In this document: positions 26,915 to 32,006 of the stretch, one piece after another
Position numbering within the stretch: the stretch's first letter is position 1
Layout: each line of letters starts with the position of its first letter
NCBI GenBank assembly: GCA_039815185.1
Contig: JBCBZT010000068.1
Location: 1-32,006 of the forward strand
Reading direction: 5' to 3'
Origin: Cyanobacteria bacterium P01_A01_bin.123
Lineage (GTDB): Bacteria > Cyanobacteriota > Cyanobacteriia > Phormidesmidales > Phormidesmidaceae
DNA length: 32,006 nucleotides
Position numbers and translations under genes: made by a program
The notes under the pieces: generated by a model
Told to the model about the DNA's origin: nothing
The model's input: only the letters and a program-made list of their open reading frames with translations
Databases searched by the model: none

Positions 26915-27910
26915 ATGCTCACAAGCATCGTTGCCAACACATTTAACTACGCAGTCAGTCGTGGTTTAGATATGGCGCAAATCAACGCGGCTACTGGACT
27001 AACGCGAACCGATTTGATTAATCCAGAGACTCGTCTACCAGAAGTACTCGCCCCAACGATATGGAAATTATTAGGTGAGGCTTATCCAGGGCAAGCCCTG
27101 GCACTCCACGCGGCGAGTGCGACTCCCTTAACCTCTATGGGGCAACTGGCTCAAGCGGTTAAATATGCTGAAAATCTTCGCTCGGCCTTGCAAGCTCTGG
27201 TGAAATATCGCACTGTGGTCTCTGACCAGCTTCAGGCAGATTTGATTGAATCTGGTTCTGAAGCAATTTTGCAATCGTATCATCCCATCGATACGATTGA
27301 CGGTGGGTACGGTGCTGAGGCTGGTTTCGGGGTATTGACACGCCTGGTCAAAGAAGTTCTCGGCGAAGATGATTTGCTCATCAGGGTAGCGTTCGTACAT
27401 CAGCCCTTTGGCGCGCTCCAAGACTACGAAACCTTTTTTGGTGTTCCGGTTCACTTTCAACAGTCTCACAATGCACTGGTGTTCCGTCGCACTGCCCTGG
27501 ATCTGCCTACCCAGCGACAAGATGCCTATCTATTTGAATACATTCAGAGAAATCTGAACCTCTTGCAAGATCACTGGCGGTTGCACGATAACCCTTCCAA
27601 GATATCTCAGCTCTACGACGCGATTGCCCGCAATGCCGAGGTCTCGGAGTACAGCGCCGAAGCCTTAGCACAGCAGCTAAACGTGAGTCTGCGAGCATTA
27701 CAGCGTCAGGCCCGCAATCGCGGTTTCACGATTAGTCAACTGTTGGAGAACGCTCGTCAAGCAAAGGCACGACAGTTGCTCACCGACCCTACGCTAAGTG
27801 TTGAAGCTGTATCGACTCAGCTAGGCTACTCAGATGACAGAGCCTTTCGTAGAGCCTTCAAGCGTTGGACTGGACAGTCCCCTGCCGAGTTTCGACAAGG
27901 CGTCGTTTAG
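26915..27910 (+). CDS. AraC family transcriptional regulator, paralog of 24425..25483
   Basis: LGYSDDRAFRRAFKRWTGQSPAEFR; shares TDLINPETRLP and ENLRSALQ with the paralog. ATG 26915 is preferred because the upstream ATG 26867 lies inside the repeated motif. Confidence 0.92.
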   Translation: MLTSIVANTFNYAVSRGLDMAQINAATGLTRTDLINPETRLPEVLAPTIWKLLGEAYPGQALALHAASATPLTSMGQLAQAVKYAENLRSALQALVKYRTVVSDQLQADLIESGSEAILQSYHPIDTIDGGYGAEAGFGVLTRLVKEVLGEDDLLIRVAFVHQPFGALQDYETFFGVPVHFQQSHNALVFRRTALDLPTQRQDAYLFEYIQRNLNLLQDHWRLHDNPSKISQLYDAIARNAEVSEYSAEALAQQLNVSLRALQRQARNRGFTISQLLENARQAKARQLLTDPTLSVEAVSTQLGYSDDRAFRRAFKRWTGQSPAEFRQGVV

Positions 27911-28259
27911 CTTTGAAACTAGAGTTTTAAGTAATCAGGCTGAACTCATCATTTCCAATCACAGTCTAGCCCTCACCCCCTAAGATGACAGTGCCTTGCT
28001 CCCTCGCCTAAGAGCTTGAGGTGTGTTTCTCCACTCAAAACGTTATAAGCTCTATTCTTGCAATACAACCCGATATCAGGTGCTTTGAAGCTTCACTACT
28101 GAAAGCAATTCCATTAATTGTGCCCGGACAGACGCATGGGTGTATTCATCATCAGGCTGGGGCGTTTTTCTGCCGTCATCAGCTTATCCTTGCTCTACTG
28201 CAACATGCCCCTAACTAAAGATGAGGTCTGCCTGGTTTTATCCTCTTCAATCCTTCCTG

Positions 28260-28328
28260 TGGTGTTCGGATCATAGAGCTTTTCAACAGGCTTTTAAGCG
28301 TTGGACTGAGAGCACTCCAGCGGAGTCT
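28260..28328 (+). pseudogene. AraC C-terminal HTH remnant
   Basis: Translates as WCSDHRAFQQAFKRWTESTPAES, matching GYSDDRAFRRAFKRWTGQSPAEF; abuts the stop of the convergent porin-like gene. Confidence 0.8.
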
Positions 28329-28333
28329 GATGT

Positions 28334-29698
28334 TCAATCAAAATCAAACACCTGGATGAATCGGAATCCAATTTGCTGGCTATTCACGTTCTCGTCGCGA
28401 CTGAACTCATGTGCTACTTCGATTGAAGTGCCCTGCCCGAGATCGTATCCAACCGCTGTTTGCACAGCATAATCGTTAAAGGTACCGCCGCTCGCGAGAT
28501 CTCTCCACCTACCGGTTCCGGAAAGTGTCATGGTCCACGGGTTGACCTGGTAGACTAGCCCTGCACTGGCATAAATGATGTTGTCGGCGGTTCCTTCAAA
28601 GTTCCACAAAGGGGCAATTTCACCAATCAAGGTCAGCGATCTTCCGTCACCCAACTGAAACGATTGCATGGCTGCTACCAAAAACCCATTTTCATCGGCC
28701 ACGTCGCCCTCGCCTGCGGCCTCGTGTATGTATGCCAGCCTGTATGTGAAGCCGGGTAGCCGACTGATTTCGTTGCCTTCAATTGCAACCGTAAAGGATT
28801 CAAATGACTCCGTGTTGCTGGCGCCGCCGTCAGACAACCGATTTTGACCCCGCCGTCCACCTAGGTCGAGGGAGTCGGACAGAAAACTGGTATCGTCAAA
28901 GAACGTACCGGCGCTGAGTGTGTGCCGCCCAGATGCTCCGGCATCGAAAGTATACTGGGCCTCAAAGCCAATGCGTTCGATTAGCTCGATTTCCCTGTTG
29001 TAACTGTTGCCGTACATTCCCGGCGTGACCAGGGATGCAAAGGCGAACGTCGGGGTAAATTTGCCCGCCTGGATTGATAGGCGGTCATTGATGTAATAGT
29101 TCAGAAATAACTTGCGGACGAAGAGTGTCTGATCCTCAAAATAGCGATTTTCCGTTGGCGGACTAGCGTTCTCTATCCGAATTTCCGCGTTGATTGAAAA
29201 CCTGTTCGTAAAGTGAAATTCAGGCGAGGCAATCATTTCGACAAACACATCATTGCTCTCAGTGCGGGGCGTTTCGGCATCATAGGCACCATCATAGGCA
29301 AAGCGAAACAGAACATCCCCGCCAATCCGTGGGTAAGTTTCAGCATCGGCAACGTTTTCCTGCGCTAGTGCTGGCGACGCTTCGACAAACAGATCATTGC
29401 TCTCAGTACGCAGCGTTTCTGCCTCATCATAGGCACCATCAGCTTCTGTCTGCGCCAGCGGCTCCTGGCGATCACAATCTGCCGTTGGCGAACGAACGGT
29501 CTCCGCCCGAATTGTCGCGTTCATTGACACCCCATCGGTAAGGTGAGTCTCCAGTGGAGCACAAAGAGCATTGCTCTCAGTACGCGGCGTTTCTGCCTCG
29601 TCATAGGCACCATCAGCTTCTGTCTGCGCCAGCACCGGCAATGTTCTGAGGAAAATTGCAATACACGCCAAAAGAAGAAGAGGAAGAGGAAGCTTCAT
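28334..29698 (-). CDS. Putative outer-membrane beta-barrel/porin-like protein with repeated N-terminal extension
   Basis: Signal peptide ending PVLA; alternating amphipathic strands; LFVRKLFLNY...SIQAGKF.P.F porin-like motif; aromatic C-terminus GFRFIQVFDFD. Confidence 0.72.
   Translation of the reverse strand: MKLPLPLLLLACIAIFLRTLPVLAQTEADGAYDEAETPRTESNALCAPLETHLTDGVSMNATIRAETVRSPTADCDRQEPLAQTEADGAYDEAETLRTESNDLFVEASPALAQENVADAETYPRIGGDVLFRFAYDGAYDAETPRTESNDVFVEMIASPEFHFTNRFSINAEIRIENASPPTENRYFEDQTLFVRKLFLNYYINDRLSIQAGKFTPTFAFASLVTPGMYGNSYNREIELIERIGFEAQYTFDAGASGRHTLSAGTFFDDTSFLSDSLDLGGRRGQNRLSDGGASNTESFESFTVAIEGNEISRLPGFTYRLAYIHEAAGEGDVADENGFLVAAMQSFQLGDGRSLTLIGEIAPLWNFEGTADNIIYASAGLVYQVNPWTMTLSGTGRWRDLASGGTFNDYAVQTAVGYDLGQGTSIEVAHEFSRDENVNSQQIGFRFIQVFDFD
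29237..29633 (-). repeat. Three intragenic direct repeats encoding DGAYD(E)AET.RTESN
   Basis: 65-bp copies at 29395-29459 and 29569-29633 differ at 2 positions; a more diverged copy lies at 29237-29294. Confidence 0.92.
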
Positions 29699-29924
29699 CA
29701 CACTCAATTACCTAAACGTCTTGCAGAGTTGATGCTGCGCTGGTTAAACCGTCAGGATTTGCGCAGCTGAATCGATCGCCGCCGCCAGATCCGGTTAGGG
29801 CAAGGCGGCGACGCCATTTCGGTATGGGCTGAGCAAGATAGCCTGACTCAGTGTCCTAGCGTCAATGGCGAGAGCTATTGTGATGACCCTCTCGCCCTTA
29901 ATCCTTGGGGCCGAACAAATTCTC

Positions 29925-29971
29925 TAAATCCCCCAATTCTGGAGGATTTAAAGGCGAATACGTAAGTCCTA
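29925..29971. repeat. Cyanobacterial small dispersed repeat/MITE-like remnant
   Basis: Hairpin TAAATCCCCCA-ATTC-TGGAGGATTTA (29925-29950) followed by TACGTAAGTCCTA, resembling palindromic dispersed repeats of cyanobacteria (recognised from memory). Confidence 0.55.
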
Positions 29972-29974
29972 ATC

Positions 29975-31879
29975 TTAAAGACTGCGAGGATCGACAGGGT
30001 CAGTTCCGGCATCGAGCTCGGTTGGATCGTCAACGCCATCACCATCCGAATCAGCCTTGTAGGGGAAGATCCCTAAAGCGACTTCTTCAGTGTTGGCAAT
30101 GCCATCACCGTCAATGTCATCGTCTGACGAATCTTCGATGCCATCGCGATCGGTATCTGCCCAACGGCTGGGATCGTTGGGGAAACCGTCAAAAGCATCC
30201 TCAACCCCATCGCGATCGGTATCCACGGCCAAAGGCACCGGCAGACCAGTCCACTCTGTCGCAGCGTCTGGCACTTTACCTGTGTTCATGTCAGCCACAA
30301 GCAAATCCATGAGCTGGCTCATATGGCGGGGCCGCTGCTCGTTGGGCAAACCGATGTGTACGCCAGGCGTCCAGCCCATGGGGCCGAGATGGCGCATCGC
30401 CCAGCTCATGCTGAGCTGATCGGTCACTACCGCCATCGACTGCATGCTGCCAGAGAGCCAGGCCGTAACCACTGGAATCGCCAGGATCTCTTGGATTTCC
30501 CGATCGGTGAAGTGCCGACGCAGCTCCTCGATGTGGGCCGCCGTCACCCGCGTCGGCAAACGACCGGCATCGCGCGCGAGCCGCAGGGCCGCCCTTTGCG
30601 CCGGTTCGACGAACCGGGACCGTTCGAAATCCATCAGGGATTGGATATATGCGATGAGTGCTGGCCGATCTTCTGGCGGGATCTCGGCTTGGAAGTAGTC
30701 GGCTTCCGTGTAGTCATAAATGCCAAAGGCACCATGGGCCTGACAATGAACGCAGCCACTAGCGAGCTGATAGACGAAAAACATCGACCAGATCTCAGCG
30801 AATTCCATCGTGCGCTCAGTTTGCAAGATGTATTCGTCCATGGTCAAAGTGCCGAACGCCGCTTGCCGTGCCCAGTAGGTGTCAAACCGACTTCGATCGC
30901 TATAGGGCACGCTCGCTTCGGTACCATGGGGACCGTCATAGAAGTCATAGTCATAGGCGGCCACATTAAAGGGCGGCGTGCCTTCCGGCGGCAGGTTGGC
31001 CTCGCGCGACCCCGGTGCTTCCCATTCAAGCAGCGTAGTTGGGAAGGCGTCAAAAGGCTCCTCAATCCCATCTTGATCGCCGTCGAAAGTGGTTGTGGGG
31101 ACGTCATACCCGGTGATGTAATTGACCCAATCCGTCTCAAAGACCGGATCAACCGCGCCCAGATCATCGCGGACCCAACCGGCGTCAATCTCCGCCACCG
31201 CTTGCGTCAGGGCATTGCCGATGAAGGGGTTTGTGCGCTGTTCTTCAGGCGAGCTGCTGGCGTTCGGACCCGGGATCCAGCCCACCGCAGAGAGGTTCTC
31301 CACTGCCCAATCGAGGGTTTCCTGATCGGTCGCGATCGGCAACACGGCATCATGGGTGGCCTTAGCGTTATTGATCGCCCCGAGCTGCATCAGCTCGGCA
31401 ATTTGCCGGTCCGGGTAATGGGTGCGCAGGAGCGCATGGATATCGGCAGAGGACGTGATCGGATAGCTGCCCATCACGTCGATATAGGTGAACGCGGCCT
31501 TCAGGCGCGGATTCTCCAAAGTCTCCGCGTAATCGGGTGCGAAAATTGCGTGGATCTCTGCCAAAGGCACACCCATCAATGAGAGTTGGTAGGCGCTGCG
31601 CGCGGTATGGTGGCCGCTGCCTGCGAGAACCATCTGGCGCAGGGTCAGCCGCCACTTGGTTTCGGCGTCAAACATCGCGTCCGCATGGATCATCGCATCT
31701 GAGATCAACAGACCCTCGTAGAAATCAAACAGGTTGCTGATGTCGATCTTGTGGCGGTCGTAAAAGGGCGTCTCCTGGTCTGCTGCGGGCACAGGGGGTG
31801 TTTCTGCGAGAGCCTGCGCCGGCAGCAGAAAGGTGGTGATGAGTGCAGCAGTGCTTGCTAAAAGTGTTTTGAGTTTCAT
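29975..31879 (-). CDS. Secreted protein with tandem AhpD/CMD-like domains and TSP3-type Ca-binding (DxDxDG) repeats
   Basis: GAAGGAGA RBS; signal peptide ending AQALA; two homologous helical domains (LRTHYPDRQIAEL / LRRHFTDREIQEI; W...L...GW.PG twice); GCVHCQAHG in the second domain; C-terminal DTDRDG, DIDGDG and DSDGDG..D..E...GTDP repeats. Confidence 0.8.
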   Translation of the reverse strand: MKLKTLLASTAALITTFLLPAQALAETPPVPAADQETPFYDRHKIDISNLFDFYEGLLISDAMIHADAMFDAETKWRLTLRQMVLAGSGHHTARSAYQLSLMGVPLAEIHAIFAPDYAETLENPRLKAAFTYIDVMGSYPITSSADIHALLRTHYPDRQIAELMQLGAINNAKATHDAVLPIATDQETLDWAVENLSAVGWIPGPNASSSPEEQRTNPFIGNALTQAVAEIDAGWVRDDLGAVDPVFETDWVNYITGYDVPTTTFDGDQDGIEEPFDAFPTTLLEWEAPGSREANLPPEGTPPFNVAAYDYDFYDGPHGTEASVPYSDRSRFDTYWARQAAFGTLTMDEYILQTERTMEFAEIWSMFFVYQLASGCVHCQAHGAFGIYDYTEADYFQAEIPPEDRPALIAYIQSLMDFERSRFVEPAQRAALRLARDAGRLPTRVTAAHIEELRRHFTDREIQEILAIPVVTAWLSGSMQSMAVVTDQLSMSWAMRHLGPMGWTPGVHIGLPNEQRPRHMSQLMDLLVADMNTGKVPDAATEWTGLPVPLAVDTDRDGVEDAFDGFPNDPSRWADTDRDGIEDSSDDDIDGDGIANTEEVALGIFPYKADSDGDGVDDPTELDAGTDPVDPRSL

Positions 31880-31883
31880 CGAG

Positions 31884-32006
31884 TCATTCTCCTTCAAAGA
31901 GTGTTACGAACATGCCATTCGGATTGGGGGAATGGCTCGGCACAAATTGCAGGGAATCCCAATGCTCGGCGACCTTGCCGTCGGCGTCGAAAAGATACAT
32001 ATCGAC
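31884..32006 (-). CDS. 3' end of a SnoaL-like/NTF2-family protein (partial; absent from the ORF track)
   Basis: VDMYLFDADGKVAEHWDSLQFVPSHSPNPNGMF matches the D..R/LF...GKI.EHWD..Q.VP....N.NGMF C-terminus; the stop lies 4 bp before the next ATG. Confidence 0.8.
   Translation of the reverse strand, partial: VDMYLFDADGKVAEHWDSLQFVPSHSPNPNGMFVTLFEGE

Noticed and set aside
30734..30754. CVHCQAH as a c-type heme-binding motif
   Set aside because: His does not directly follow the second Cys (not CxxCH); the context fits AhpD-like domains.
30323..31582. 419-aa + strand ORF
   Set aside because: Antisense shadow of the GC-rich AhpD-TSP3 gene; no recognisable motifs.

Overview
32 kb of a cyanobacterial chromosome. 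About 25 HIP1 octamers (GCGATCGC) occur between 3.8 and 25.3 kb, and the Uma2, argD, CBS/GAF/PAS kinase and MscS genes are typical of cyanobacteria; a Leptolyngbyaceae/Acaryochloris-like lineage is only an inference. Left end: a nucleotidyltransferase gene bracketed by two attC-like sites (probable integron cassette, no integrase in the window), a Uma2 endonuclease, a PLP serine dehydratase-like gene, and a single-ORF fusion of an MNT antitoxin with a HEPN/DUF86 toxin. Middle: AEC transporter, argD, a 1340-aa hybrid kinase whose cyanobacteriochrome-type GAF has lost its chromophore cysteines, a K+ channel, a lipoprotein esterase, a four-gene RND efflux/HXXEE operon and MscS. Right third: an accessory island with two intact and two decayed AraC paralogs, an SDR, a hydrolase remnant, a porin-like protein with a triplicated N-terminus, a secreted tandem-AhpD/TSP3-repeat protein and a partial SnoaL-like gene. 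A 37-bp bipartite direct-repeat motif (GGACA-N5-CGA-N8-GGACA-N5-YGACAA) occurs five times from 20.4 to 26.9 kb, four times directly against a leftward -35/17 bp/-10-like promoter, suggesting an undescribed AraC regulon that includes the RND operon. All calls come from motif reading; no searches were run.
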